A stretch of DNA of 64,000 bases from Trypanosoma brucei (taxonomy: Eukaryota), in NCBI GenBank assembly GCA_000002445.1, contig CP000068.1:1216001-1280000 (forward strand). The letters are read 5' to 3'. The position numbers and the translations under genes were made by a program. A model generated the notes under the pieces. That model was not told the origin of the DNA. It searched no databases and worked only from the letters and a program-made list of their open reading frames with translations. Shown piece by piece: positions 1 through 10,065 of the stretch. The stretch's first letter is position 1. Each line of letters begins with the position of its first letter.

Positions 1-216
1 TGCATGCACTTTAAGAGTGACATTTCCCTAAAACTTTCTGCAGAAGATATGATGGCGTGTTTGTTGGCTTTCAAGGGTGAGGTGTTCGGAGAGGTGGGTG
101 GACTGCGGTTTATTGAGCGCGCGTTTTTGCCGAAGAATAGGACCTATGCACTGAAGGCCACAGACTTCATGGCTAAAAGAGAGGGCAAGAAACATAAACT
201 GGATGAAGAAGTTTGA
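1..216 (+). CDS. Possible 3' end of a CDS that begins upstream of the window; product unknown. Stop codon at 214-216.
   Basis: Frame +1 is open from the window edge to the stop at 214-216. It is followed by a pyrimidine-rich spacer before the next gene. No recognisable motif. Confidence 0.25.
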   Translation, partial: CMHFKSDISLKLSAEDMMACLLAFKGEVFGEVGGLRFIERAFLPKNRTYALKATDFMAKREGKKHKLDEEV

Positions 217-750
217 GGTGCCTGGGGGCGATCAAAAATAAAGGAGCATAGTGCCAAGTAATGTGATTATCATGCACAATATATCACTGTTCCTCACCTT
301 GCGCGCACTCGCATATGAACTTGCTGTTGCGCCATATCTATGTGTGCTTGGGTGTTACTGAGAACCCTCGCTTTCCTTTGCTTGTTTGCCGATGCTGTTG
401 CTGCTGCGGTTCCTCCTGTCCATTTGTGTGAGTACTGCGTATAAATTAATGCGTAAATATATACGGCACTGAGGAGTTTGTATGTTTGTCTCTGTAGTTT
501 ATCTCACTGGGACTGAGTGTTTGATATTGTATGTTTTGTGTATTAGCGTGACAGACTTCCAACTGAGGCACGTTGCTCGGTACTTCACTAGGATCTATTT
601 TTCTCTTTTACCTATCCTACTACCACATTCCGTTCGTAGGGAATCAGTGAGGTAAATTAATTTGTTCATTATTATTTTTTAAATAGCGAGAAGGGAATCG
701 AACGAAGGCCTTTTAAGGAAAAGGAAGGGATTTTTTTTTCTGTTTGTGGA

Positions 751-3699
751 ATGATGTCACGGACCGTTGAGCTCGAGCGTTGTATCCTGCGCACCAAAAC
801 GTACGAAGCATACAAGAATGTTCTGCAGCAGAGCACATCCATGACCGATAACGCGCAGTCGTTAGTGAACACCTTAATTCAAACACATGGTGAGATACAC
901 CTTGGCGAGAAGATTCCATCCGGTGATGGTCGTCCTGTTGAGTTCGTGGTGGTTGACTTGGTTCCTGCAACAGTCGGTACCTTAACAGAATCGACTACTG
1001 TTATTGTCCTTCCACCTTCCTCGGATGGGAAGGAGCTGCCGCCTACCGCTGCCATGGGAACGACGGGGAGCTCCGCTGAGGGCACCGGCGCCGATGGGGT
1101 GAGTACAAATAATGAATTGGAGAGAGGCGGTATATGTTCCGTTAGGTTAGACTACTCGCTTTCGGGTTCCTCCACGGCTGCATCGGAGGCTTTTCTTCTA
1201 AGCACACTTCTGCAAGACGGCAGTATTGTGTGTGTGGGCGACGAGGAATACACGACTGCGTTTACACTCGTGAGGCAAAGGGATGACCCAGTGCCTACGA
1301 CAGAGCAGCAGGAGCAAGCAGAAACACAACGAAGAAAACAGCAGTGCGATACGCTACCCACCTTGTATGCTTCACCAAGTGTCTTTCGCAACATTCGGGC
1401 CTTTCTCATGCTTGACGTGCTTCCTACAATCATGAAATCGCGTTTCCAATACAATGATGATCAGTTGTGTGTACCTGTGTCGCTTTTTCGAGAGGTGCAC
1501 AACGGAAGTGGCGCCCCAATAACTATTGAGGCGGTTAGTAGCGGAAGCCGAAAGGAGTTGCATCTAAGTGCTGTTGCAGTTACACCTGCATGGCCGGTGT
1601 TTATTTTAACGGAAGTGTTTGGTGAAAGCTACGAAACTCTTCTCACCGCAACTCTAAAAGCTTCCGAGAGAGCCCTTCATGGGCGGATTGTAGCTGAGGG
1701 GGATGTTATTGTTCTTTCTGTCACCCCGACTCAACTTGTTGAAATGCAGTTAGAGCCTAATACTGCTGTGGAGGCGGTGCTGGTGCAGGTTATCCATGCT
1801 GTACAGAGCGGTTGTGCCCTACCAGCGGTGGTTACATCTGTGCTGCACGACGGCGCAATCGCTATCCCCTTCCGAGTTCTTGAAGTGAACACGCTGTCAG
1901 GCGCTGCATACGGCCGCATTGAGCTAGAAGACAAGGGCAACGGTACGGAGCTGCTCTTGTTATTACAAAATGCTCTGGCTTCTCCCGACACTACGCCGCT
2001 CTTTCCGCCCCCTCCCACCCCTCCGACGTTCTTCCCACAGCTGTCTCTGACAATGAACATCCGCAGCGCATTGGAGCGTTGTTACGTGCCAAGCAATGCA
2101 GGCACCACCAGTGTGTTTGTGGTGCATGCAACTAAGGAAAACTTGCCAGTTGAGTGTGTTTCGATGGTTATGGCACTTCTTGGCGTGGAGTGTCTTCTTG
2201 TTGACATGGAACGGAAGAGCGACGAAGAAGTGCAGAGGCTTCTGGGGGCGTATATGAGCTGTTCTGGGGAAGTCGCTCTGGTTATTCGTAATGCGCAGAA
2301 GCTTGATCAACGCACCGAACTGTTGCGCTTGTTTGACGCAGACAACTCAGGCAATGGAGTTGATGGCACTTGTAGCGACGGTGATTGCTTAAATGGTATT
2401 CGTGTCATATTTCTTGTTTGTGAGTGCGTGGAAGCTCCCCCACCTGCAGTGGCTGCGCAGGCGCGCAACGTCGAGGGGGTGTTGAAGGGTACACATCCTT
2501 CTGAGAAGGATCGTCGCTTCATCGTTGAAAATATTTTCACAGGAGCCCAGCGGTCCCGTGGCTTTTGCAAGAGTTTACTACTATCATTTGATTCTGTTGC
2601 GTCGTGGACCGTTGGTCTAAGTACCGTCGATGTGGTGGCGTATGCTGAAGAATGCGTGTCTGTCTTGGCGTCCATGTCACTTCCGGACGGCGTTCTACCG
2701 GTTCTATCCGAGTCCCTGTGCAGCAGCATTTTGGAAAAATTTCAGAAGGCTCACGGACACAATCTGGTGTCAACAAAACTACAACCTGTACGCTGGAGTG
2801 ATGTTGGTGGTCTCGAGGACGCCAAGCGCGAGTTGCGTGAAATGATTCAACTGCCGCTGCTCTACCCGGAGCTGCTGGGAAACGGTGGTAACGCAAAACA
2901 TGGGGCCGGCATTCTTTTCTACGGCCCGCCCGGCTGCGGCAAGACGCTCTTGGCGAAGGCCGTAGCCACCGAAATGAACATGAATTTTATGGCTGTGAAG
3001 GGCCCCGAGTTGATCAATCAGTATGTCGGTGAAAGTGAGAAAAATATACGTCTACTGTTCCAGCGTGCGCGCGACAACTCGCCGTGTATTATATTCTTTG
3101 ATGAACTGGACGCATTGGCTCCGGCGCGTGGAGCCAAAGGTGACGCCGGTGGAGCAATGGATCGCGTCGTGGCACAGCTGCTCGTGGAGGTTGATGGTGT
3201 TGGCCACAGTCGCAGCGATGGAACTGCAGCCGGGAAGGTGTTTATTATCGCCGCCACCAACCGCCCAGATTTGCTTGACCCCGCACTACTGCGGCCCGGC
3301 CGCTTTGACAAACTTTGTTACCTAGGTATTCCTTCCACACGCAGTGAGCAATTGGTTGCATTACGAGCACTGACACGCAAATTTCACCTCGCTGAAGATG
3401 TTGATCTGGAAGCTCTACTGCAGCCAATGACTTTGGATTACACAGGCGCTGATCTGTTTGCATTGTGCTCTGACGCTATGATGTTTGCGGTCGAGGCTAT
3501 GCTGCAGGAATCTCTAACTTTTAACGAGGAGGGTTCCCCCTCTATGCTGGCAGAGCCGGCTAAAAACTTGGTCGTCCGCATGAACGACTTTGTGAGGGCA
3601 CGTGACCAACTGAAGCCATCGGTGACTGCTGAAGACCTTCGCCGATACGAAAGCCTTCGCACCAAATTTACCGCTAATTCGGGTCGTGTGGCTGATTGA
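751..3699 (+). CDS. PEX6: AAA-family ATPase, peroxin-6 (PEX6)-like. The first ATPase domain is degenerate; the second is canonical.
   Basis: 982-aa ORF with an ATG at 751. One canonical AAA module sits in the C-terminal third: Walker [14 protein letters not shown] (near nt 2920-2960), Walker [11 protein letters not shown], and second region of homology [20 protein letters not shown]. The preceding D1-like region has no P-loop, which is the PEX6 architecture. The length matches what I recall for trypanosome PEX6, but I cannot verify that. Confidence 0.55.
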   Translation: MMSRTVELERCILRTKTYEAYKNVLQQSTSMTDNAQSLVNTLIQTHGEIHLGEKIPSGDGRPVEFVVVDLVPATVGTLTESTTVIVLPPSSDGKELPPTAAMGTTGSSAEGTGADGVSTNNELERGGICSVRLDYSLSGSSTAASEAFLLSTLLQDGSIVCVGDEEYTTAFTLVRQRDDPVPTTEQQEQAETQRRKQQCDTLPTLYASPSVFRNIRAFLMLDVLPTIMKSRFQYNDDQLCVPVSLFREVHNGSGAPITIEAVSSGSRKELHLSAVAVTPAWPVFILTEVFGESYETLLTATLKASERALHGRIVAEGDVIVLSVTPTQLVEMQLEPNTAVEAVLVQVIHAVQSGCALPAVVTSVLHDGAIAIPFRVLEVNTLSGAAYGRIELEDKGNGTELLLLLQNALASPDTTPLFPPPPTPPTFFPQLSLTMNIRSALERCYVPSNAGTTSVFVVHATKENLPVECVSMVMALLGVECLLVDMERKSDEEVQRLLGAYMSCSGEVALVIRNAQKLDQRTELLRLFDADNSGNGVDGTCSDGDCLNGIRVIFLVCECVEAPPPAVAAQARNVEGVLKGTHPSEKDRRFIVENIFTGAQRSRGFCKSLLLSFDSVASWTVGLSTVDVVAYAEECVSVLASMSLPDGVLPVLSESLCSSILEKFQKAHGHNLVSTKLQPVRWSDVGGLEDAKRELREMIQLPLLYPELLGNGGNAKHGAGILFYGPPGCGKTLLAKAVATEMNMNFMAVKGPELINQYVGESEKNIRLLFQRARDNSPCIIFFDELDALAPARGAKGDAGGAMDRVVAQLLVEVDGVGHSRSDGTAAGKVFIIAATNRPDLLDPALLRPGRFDKLCYLGIPSTRSEQLVALRALTRKFHLAEDVDLEALLQPMTLDYTGADLFALCSDAMMFAVEAMLQESLTFNEEGSPSMLAEPAKNLVVRMNDFVRARDQLKPSVTAEDLRRYESLRTKFTANSGRVAD

Positions 3700-3960
3700 A
3701 AACTCCGTACTGTTACTGTTCAACGTGTGTTCGAAACGGTGGCTGTGAGACGAGACAACCCGCAGGATGAGGGTTGCGGAGCCGGCAGAAGGAGATATCA
3801 CTTCGGCGAGGAGCACTAGTAATGAACCCTTTTTTCAAAAAAAAAAAGTTGTTTTGTTTGTGGCGCAAGCTGTTTTTTCCTTTTTTTAAAAAAAAAGGCG
3901 TAACGAATGGTATTATACGCTGGCGCTGCGTAGGCGTCGGTGGGGCTGGTGTTGTTAAAG

Positions 3961-4040
3961 TCGTTCTTTTCTCCCCGTCTAAGCGTTGGGGTTTTCTTTT
4001 CGGTGTCATTCCCATTCCCCTTCCCGGACATTTTTTTTGT
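3961..4040 (+). promoter_or_regulatory. Polypyrimidine tract and likely spliced-leader acceptor region upstream of the transporter gene.
   Basis: C/T-rich run (tcgttcttttctccccgtct...ttcccggacattttttttgt) followed by AG dinucleotides before the ATG at 4130. This is the standard kinetoplastid trans-splicing signal arrangement. Confidence 0.4.
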
Positions 4041-4129
4041 ACATGAACTTCAATGAACCGGCCGACACACGCAACTAACGGTTTGTTGGAGGGTGCTAGA
4101 AACAAGGTGCAGCCCAACGCGCGGCAGAA

Positions 4130-5497
4130 ATGACGGGAAAAAATCACTCGGTCGACAGGAGTAGCGGATTTAGCTTATTAATTGATGGGAACGAGCAGGA
4201 AAATGCCGAGCTCACCTCCGCAGCCGCCTCCTCCCCCTCCTCCTTTACCGTGAGGCGTCGCATGAGCATGCGGGAGCACCTTAGTCTATTCGCCATGTCC
4301 TTTAGCTACGGATTGTGCTTTAACACTCTTAATAACATTGTTATTCCCAAGACTGTCGCAAGAATAACACACGGCAAGGAAAGTCTCTGGGTTGGTGTGC
4401 TAATGGGTATTGGGGCCCTGTGTCAAATCACTTCCCCTCTGTTTGGCGCCTGCAGCGACCGACTGGGTAACCGAACCATGTTCTTGACGAATGGAGCCAT
4501 GCTGACAGTTGTTGGCCTCGTCTTATTTACCTTCGTTGAGATTACGAATTCAATGTTAGTTTTGTGTATCGCACACTTCGTCTCCTCGGTGGGTCTCTCA
4601 GTTGCGTACAGCATGGTAGTTGCTCTCCTGAATGATTATGTTGCTAAGGAGGAGACTGGAAAGGGGAGCAGTGCCATGGCACTGCTAGCAATTATAGGAA
4701 GTGGTGTTGGCTACACGATGTTGGCTGTCGGTGTCTCCACAGTTTTCTGTCTCGGGACGTATGCGCTTGCAACCATCTTTTGTTTAGTAATCACATTAAA
4801 TTCTATTCCATCGGAACCACTGAGACAGCCGCCTCAAGCGTTGCACTTCAGTGACACGATACTGAACTCCTTCACCATTCCATCCTTTCGAATTTTCCCC
4901 GACTTTGGCTTTGCGTGCGTCGGGAGGGGGCTTTTTAACTGCGGTCTGGCAGTACAAGTATATATCATATTTTTCCTGCGAGACATTGTGCAGTTGGCGA
5001 GCCCCGCAGAGGTAACCTCGGCGCTGTCTGTTGCAGCTCTCCTCGGTGGCCTGTTGGGAGCCGGGTTGAGCGGTCCCGTCTCCGACCGTGTGGGACGTAA
5101 GTCACTGATATATCTTGCAGCGGTGACATGCTCCCTATCGCTGCTCATGTTATTAGAGGTAAGAAGTTTGGAGTTTCTGTACATTATTGGGTTTGTGCAT
5201 GGAATGGGAAGCGCGTCATTCCTTTCGGTGGACTACGCGATTGGTGTGGAAACGTTACCGCGGAAGGACGGCATGCCGATTGATACAGCAAAGGATTTGG
5301 GCATCTTCGGTGTGAGTGCGACAATTGGCACGTTTGCCGGACAGCTACTGTACGGTATGCTGCTTCACATGTATGTGTCTAAGGGGGAAGGCAACACCCA
5401 GCGCTACAGCAGTATCGGGTTTGTTGCCGTCTACAGTGTGTCGTGCATGGCTTTTATTTGCAGTGGGATTACACTAGCGTTTATTAACACGAAGTAA
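4130..5497 (+). CDS. Polytopic membrane protein, major-facilitator-superfamily (MFS) type transporter candidate.
   Basis: 455-aa ORF with about 12 hydrophobic segments in a 6+6 layout and a central loop. It has glycine-rich helices and short hydrophilic termini. The family call rests on topology only. Confidence 0.55.
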   Translation: MTGKNHSVDRSSGFSLLIDGNEQENAELTSAAASSPSSFTVRRRMSMREHLSLFAMSFSYGLCFNTLNNIVIPKTVARITHGKESLWVGVLMGIGALCQITSPLFGACSDRLGNRTMFLTNGAMLTVVGLVLFTFVEITNSMLVLCIAHFVSSVGLSVAYSMVVALLNDYVAKEETGKGSSAMALLAIIGSGVGYTMLAVGVSTVFCLGTYALATIFCLVITLNSIPSEPLRQPPQALHFSDTILNSFTIPSFRIFPDFGFACVGRGLFNCGLAVQVYIIFFLRDIVQLASPAEVTSALSVAALLGGLLGAGLSGPVSDRVGRKSLIYLAAVTCSLSLLMLLEVRSLEFLYIIGFVHGMGSASFLSVDYAIGVETLPRKDGMPIDTAKDLGIFGVSATIGTFAGQLLYGMLLHMYVSKGEGNTQRYSSIGFVAVYSVSCMAFICSGITLAFINTK

Positions 5498-6319
5498 AGG
5501 ATTTGACACTGGCGCAACCATATCTCGAGCCGGAGTGTGGTTCAGGGAACAGGTAACAGCGGAAATTGAAGCAGGTGAAGTCCCACGATGTGTTTGCTAA
5601 GTTGCTGCTTGATGCGGTTCCACCCGCAGGTAGCCTCCATGAAGTTCACGAGCAGCCGAAAGAGTCCGCGTATGACAAATAGATGAGTGGCTTGCCACAG
5701 ATAATTTTTTTCCCTCTCTTTTGTGTTGGTCGTTTAAATAACGGTCACAAGGTGCGTTTGTCTGCGTAGCACTCCGGTGGAAATAATCTTATGTTGTGGC
5801 ACATATGGGGTGAAGTTGCTGAGCATTTGTATGAACAGTCCCGCGTAACGCTGGTTTTGAACTTGCCGTGTGTTGTCTTTTTTTTTTTTTTGAAGGTTTT
5901 GTTTATTCTACCCATTTTCCTTTATCGGTGATGTGGGCCAAGGTTCTCTTAGAAGATGCAATTCCGCTCAATCTCTTCTCTCTTTTTTTTTCGGTTTTTA
6001 CATGACTTTTTATCCGTTTATACGTGCACAGGGGTCCTGGCAGAGACGGAGCCGTGTGGTAGACTTCTGAGACGTTACTTTCTTTTGCCGCGGCTTCACA
6101 TTGTTATGCACCAATAAGATGGTATTTGGAATGTACCTAAATTGCAAGTCGTGTTTGCCACTGGCGCTACTCTTGTGTTTGTGCTTCGTGTGGAACGAAA
6201 GGACTGGAGAAGTGGCTTTGGTTCCATCTCTAGACCCTCTTCCAAATATTTAATCATTCAAGTTACTCCTTCATCTTCACCCACTGTGACTAACCAACAA
6301 AACAAAGAAACATAAAGAC

Positions 6320-8335
6320 ATGTCGTCTTCAGACATCGCGGTAAAGCGGATCCGTCGCCAATGGGAACCTGAAGATAAGGCATGGCGCGATGAGGCGCTG
6401 CAGCTGCCATGGGAGGAGGTCTCACCGCCGCTGCACAGCACCACCTTATTTGCCTTACGTAACGTCTTTTTCTTTTCTCACGCTACAGCAGTCCAGGCGC
6501 GCACAATTAGTGTCTTTTGTTCTTCGGGAAACAGTACCATAGTTGAAGCACCAACTGGTAGCGGGAAGACACTTGCCGTGCTCATTCCACTGATGGAACG
6601 TACAGTACGGGCGTGTGATGCTTTTGTTGCAGCGCACAACTTTCCGTTGCTACGGCGCGATATTATCGGCATCGTTCTGGCCCCGTCGCGCGTCCTTGCG
6701 GAACAAACGTTTGTGGTCGGTCGCAACCTTGCCGCACGCCTGCCGCATACAATACGGTTCGCCCTGTGCGACGGGGCGGTACAGTCAGCGGATGTAGTTC
6801 TAAAGAGTTTAAAGGCTGCGGCGCGTGGTGCGGGAACTTTTCTGGTGACAACGCCACGTGACTTAGTTGACTTTATTGCTGCTTTAAATACAAAGCGTCC
6901 TACAGAACACCCACCTGTAGCGAGAAGTGACGCCGAAACTAGCGAGGGCGGCCGGTCAGTGCACAACGAACCGGATGAACGGGAGGAGCTTCTGGCCGCA
7001 CAAGACGAGGAAACACTGCGACGCTACTATGAGAAGCGCGGTAGGCGTAAGGACACGAGCGAGAAAGACACTGGACACAACGTACAGCTGCGTGGCTGTC
7101 ACAATGAGCGGTTTGTACTTGTAGTGGATGAAGCGGATCTTGTCTTTCATTCAGTTGAGATGCGTGGAATCGTGACTGAGTTTGTGGCGACGCACGCTTA
7201 TTTGCAGCAACCACTGGACAAGCGCCTGAAGGAAGAGCGTGGTGAATCCACGTCAACATCGACAAATTCCTCGGAGAAAACCTTATCGATGGATTTGTCA
7301 TTTGTCGGCGCAACTGTGTCAACTTCGACGGAGGTACAGACTTATGCTGAGAGGGCGTGTGCTGCTCTCCAGTCCAAGTTACACAAAGTGGTGCTTAATA
7401 GCAATGAAGACTTTGTAACCCAACTGCAGAACCGCTATCTGCTTTGTGAGGCACATGACTTTTTACCGATATTGATTCAGCTAATGAACTTACACTCATC
7501 CAAGAAGCATTTTATCTTCTTTAACAGTCCCAAAACGCTCCGTTTTGTTGAAAAGTTGTTTTCCCGTTTGGTGGAGAGCCATCAAATGTTGTTGTGCATC
7601 AACCATGTGTTTGTTATGTACGAGGGAATGAACGAGCGCACCCGACTGGACCAGTACAATGCTTTCCTCAATCACAAAGCGGAGGTGAAGGCGGGCGCTA
7701 CAGATGGGAAGAAGGCTGCACTGCTCTCCGCAACTGAAAAAAAAAACCAGTTTTACACCAGCGGTTGGAAACGGGAAGGTCGACAACCCGGTGGCAGGGG
7801 TGCGATTCTTCTTTGCACGGATGTGGCTGCGTTTGGCTTGGATGTACGTGATGTAGATTATGTCTATCACTTTGAACCTCCAACAACTGTGCAATCGTAC
7901 GTGCACCGCATTGGACGTGTTGGGCGGATGGGTATGAGAGGAAGCAGTATACTGATTCTTCCTTGCTTCAGTACAGATTCCTCACTGACAGAAGCTCCCG
8001 AACGAAAGTCAACGAGCACGAGGTTTAACACATTAATCAACACGAAGAGCGCAACGTCCAGCATTCAGACACAGCAGGTATCAGAGGCTGACCTTAGCGA
8101 AGAGCGACGCCAGTATCTGAAAGAGTTGGGCGAGCGAAGTGAGTTGCAGCCGTGTTCCATTCCCCCTTTCGCCCCCATCGCGGCAACTGTACGAAACGTG
8201 ATTTCCCAGCACAATAAAATTAAGACATTGGCTCAGCAGGCGGCCATGTCCATGTGCACCGCTCCATCTTCTGTGGAAGGGGTGAAATCATGGTTTGACC
8301 CTAAACTCGCTCTCCACGCCCTCCTGCTTAACTGA
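6320..8335 (+). CDS. DEAD-box ATP-dependent RNA helicase, divergent, with long insertions.
   Basis: Motif I APTGSGKTLA, Ia LAPSRVLAEQ, II VVDEAD, SAT-like GATVST, V LLCTDVAAFGLDV, and VI HRIGRVGRMG are all present in the correct order. A large acidic/basic insertion lies between motifs Ib and II, and there is a long C-terminal tail. Confidence 0.85.
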   Translation: MSSSDIAVKRIRRQWEPEDKAWRDEALQLPWEEVSPPLHSTTLFALRNVFFFSHATAVQARTISVFCSSGNSTIVEAPTGSGKTLAVLIPLMERTVRACDAFVAAHNFPLLRRDIIGIVLAPSRVLAEQTFVVGRNLAARLPHTIRFALCDGAVQSADVVLKSLKAAARGAGTFLVTTPRDLVDFIAALNTKRPTEHPPVARSDAETSEGGRSVHNEPDEREELLAAQDEETLRRYYEKRGRRKDTSEKDTGHNVQLRGCHNERFVLVVDEADLVFHSVEMRGIVTEFVATHAYLQQPLDKRLKEERGESTSTSTNSSEKTLSMDLSFVGATVSTSTEVQTYAERACAALQSKLHKVVLNSNEDFVTQLQNRYLLCEAHDFLPILIQLMNLHSSKKHFIFFNSPKTLRFVEKLFSRLVESHQMLLCINHVFVMYEGMNERTRLDQYNAFLNHKAEVKAGATDGKKAALLSATEKKNQFYTSGWKREGRQPGGRGAILLCTDVAAFGLDVRDVDYVYHFEPPTTVQSYVHRIGRVGRMGMRGSSILILPCFSTDSSLTEAPERKSTSTRFNTLINTKSATSSIQTQQVSEADLSEERRQYLKELGERSELQPCSIPPFAPIAATVRNVISQHNKIKTLAQQAAMSMCTAPSSVEGVKSWFDPKLALHALLLN

Positions 8336-8648
8336 TGTGTCAGTGCTTCCAATGTGCACAAAAGACTGGCACAATAAGTGTTTGTCGTCTTGTTACTACT
8401 CTGTGAGGCTCGCCTCGCGCCTATTTCGATTAAAAAACTACACACCTCTTTCACGGTATGATAACGGTACTAAACACCTTGTTTTTCCTAATAACTCTTT
8501 TTTTCCCTACCAATATACCACCTCCCGTTGTAGCGGTTGCCAGTGAGTTGTGCCTAATACATATTCTTAACTGGGGGTGTGGTTTTTTGATTTTAATTTC
8601 ATCTTCTTTCACATAATATTTGTGTGATCAACATTAGAGCCAGATGTG

Positions 8649-9605
8649 ATGTACAGCTATAACAACATTATTGAAAAAAATGAGCCATGCAAAAAGGATG
8701 TGATTGAGAACCTTCAACTGAGCCTCTCACCAACCGGAGCGGTCAGACAATTTCGTGTGGACGAGCGCGTGGATGTGGTGGTGGTGGAGGGTTTTTTGTC
8801 GAATGACGAGTGCGACCAGCTCATCGCTGCATGTGAAAAGGTTGGATACACATTCTGGCGGCAAAAGGATCCTAACGCTGAAGGGGAAGAAGCTGGATGT
8901 TGCGGGGAAGCTGAAGCCCGTGCCTTCCGTGTGGTGGACACTATCGAAGCGAATTTCCCTACGTTGTCGCAGGTTCTCTCCTCACGAATAGAGAAGGTAG
9001 TGAAGCTGGATCCAAAAACGTTTTCTCCCTCTATGGAAGGGGCTGAGGAGTTATTTGCACGTGACCTTGAGGGTACATGGGTTCCCCAACAACTAGCACA
9101 AAACCTTTTGTTCGCGCGCTACGGTGCGGGTGGTCACTTCTCTCCGCATATCGACGGCTCCACCATCGTTGATATTAACACTCGGTCCCTTTACACTTTG
9201 CTTATTTATCTTAATGATTGTGAAGCAGGTGGAGAAACGGTGTTGTTTGACGGGGAACAGGCGGAGGTGCTGAAACGTGATGCAGAAAGTGGGAAATATA
9301 TTGGGAGGCGGGAGAACCGCATAGGTGCTGTGAAACCTACGAAAGGCACCGCTGCTTTCTTTTACTATGATGTGTTGCACGAGGGATCGCCTGTGGGAGA
9401 GGGCCACTCCAAGTACATCATTCGCGGTGATTTTCTGTACCGTCGTAACCCACCGATCCTAACAGCGGAGAACGATATGAAGGCGTTTGAATTGTATGAA
9501 AAGGCGCGCGTAGCCGAAAGTAATGGAGACGTTTTCGCAGCGTGTGAAATGTTTCAGCGGGTGCGAAAGCTCTCCAAAGGAGTAGCAGAGTTATACCAAC
9601 TGTGA
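8649..9605 (+). CDS. 2-oxoglutarate/Fe(II)-dependent oxygenase, prolyl-4-hydroxylase-like.
   Basis: HxD...H iron-binding triad: GGHFSPHIDGS (H-x-D) and a distal His in YYDVLHEGSP, followed by a basic residue (KYIIRGDFLY) positioned for 2OG binding. The ORF-track start at 8646 is GTG; the first ATG is at 8649. Confidence 0.6.
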   Translation: MYSYNNIIEKNEPCKKDVIENLQLSLSPTGAVRQFRVDERVDVVVVEGFLSNDECDQLIAACEKVGYTFWRQKDPNAEGEEAGCCGEAEARAFRVVDTIEANFPTLSQVLSSRIEKVVKLDPKTFSPSMEGAEELFARDLEGTWVPQQLAQNLLFARYGAGGHFSPHIDGSTIVDINTRSLYTLLIYLNDCEAGGETVLFDGEQAEVLKRDAESGKYIGRRENRIGAVKPTKGTAAFFYYDVLHEGSPVGEGHSKYIIRGDFLYRRNPPILTAENDMKAFELYEKARVAESNGDVFAACEMFQRVRKLSKGVAELYQL

Positions 9606-9949
9606 GCTAAGGAGCCGCTTCACTACTTTGTTTTATTTTTCGTTTCGGCGCGGCCGTCCGGGTGGGGTACAAGATATATTGCTGGTAGCCCACCCTCACA
9701 CGTTTTACAAAGCAAGTTTACGAGTAACAATGGGTGGGAACCGCCCAAAAAATGGAAAGAAGACTTACATGCGGCGGGCGGAAAGGGGGTTTTATGTTGT
9801 TTTTTTTTTTGCACTTTAGCGTGGTGTTAAGAGTCAATCAAGGGGGTTCTGTGAACGGTTTTAACGAGAACATATTACAGCACTAAGACAAGTCTAAATA
9901 GTGAACCCCGTAAGTTTTTAAAGGACTGTTATTTGATCCTCCAATCCCT

Positions 9950-9956
<7 letters not shown>

Positions 9957-9989
<33 letters not shown>
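9957..9989. repeat. (TA)n microsatellite, about 16 units.
   Basis: Perfect tatata... run in the spacer upstream of the methyltransferase gene. Confidence 0.95.
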
Positions 9990-9991
<2 letters not shown>

Positions 9992-10065
9992 TCGCCTTCT
10001 GATTATGAGGTTCGCGCATTACTTTGCTTACATTCCTTCACCACAACCCTATCGTCAACCACAAG

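Noticed and set aside
684-710. B-box-like string gggaatcgaacg, suggestive of a tRNA T-arm on the - strand.
   Set aside because: The flanking sequence cannot form a T-stem or acceptor stem (it has direct rather than inverted repeats), and there is no A-box at the right distance.
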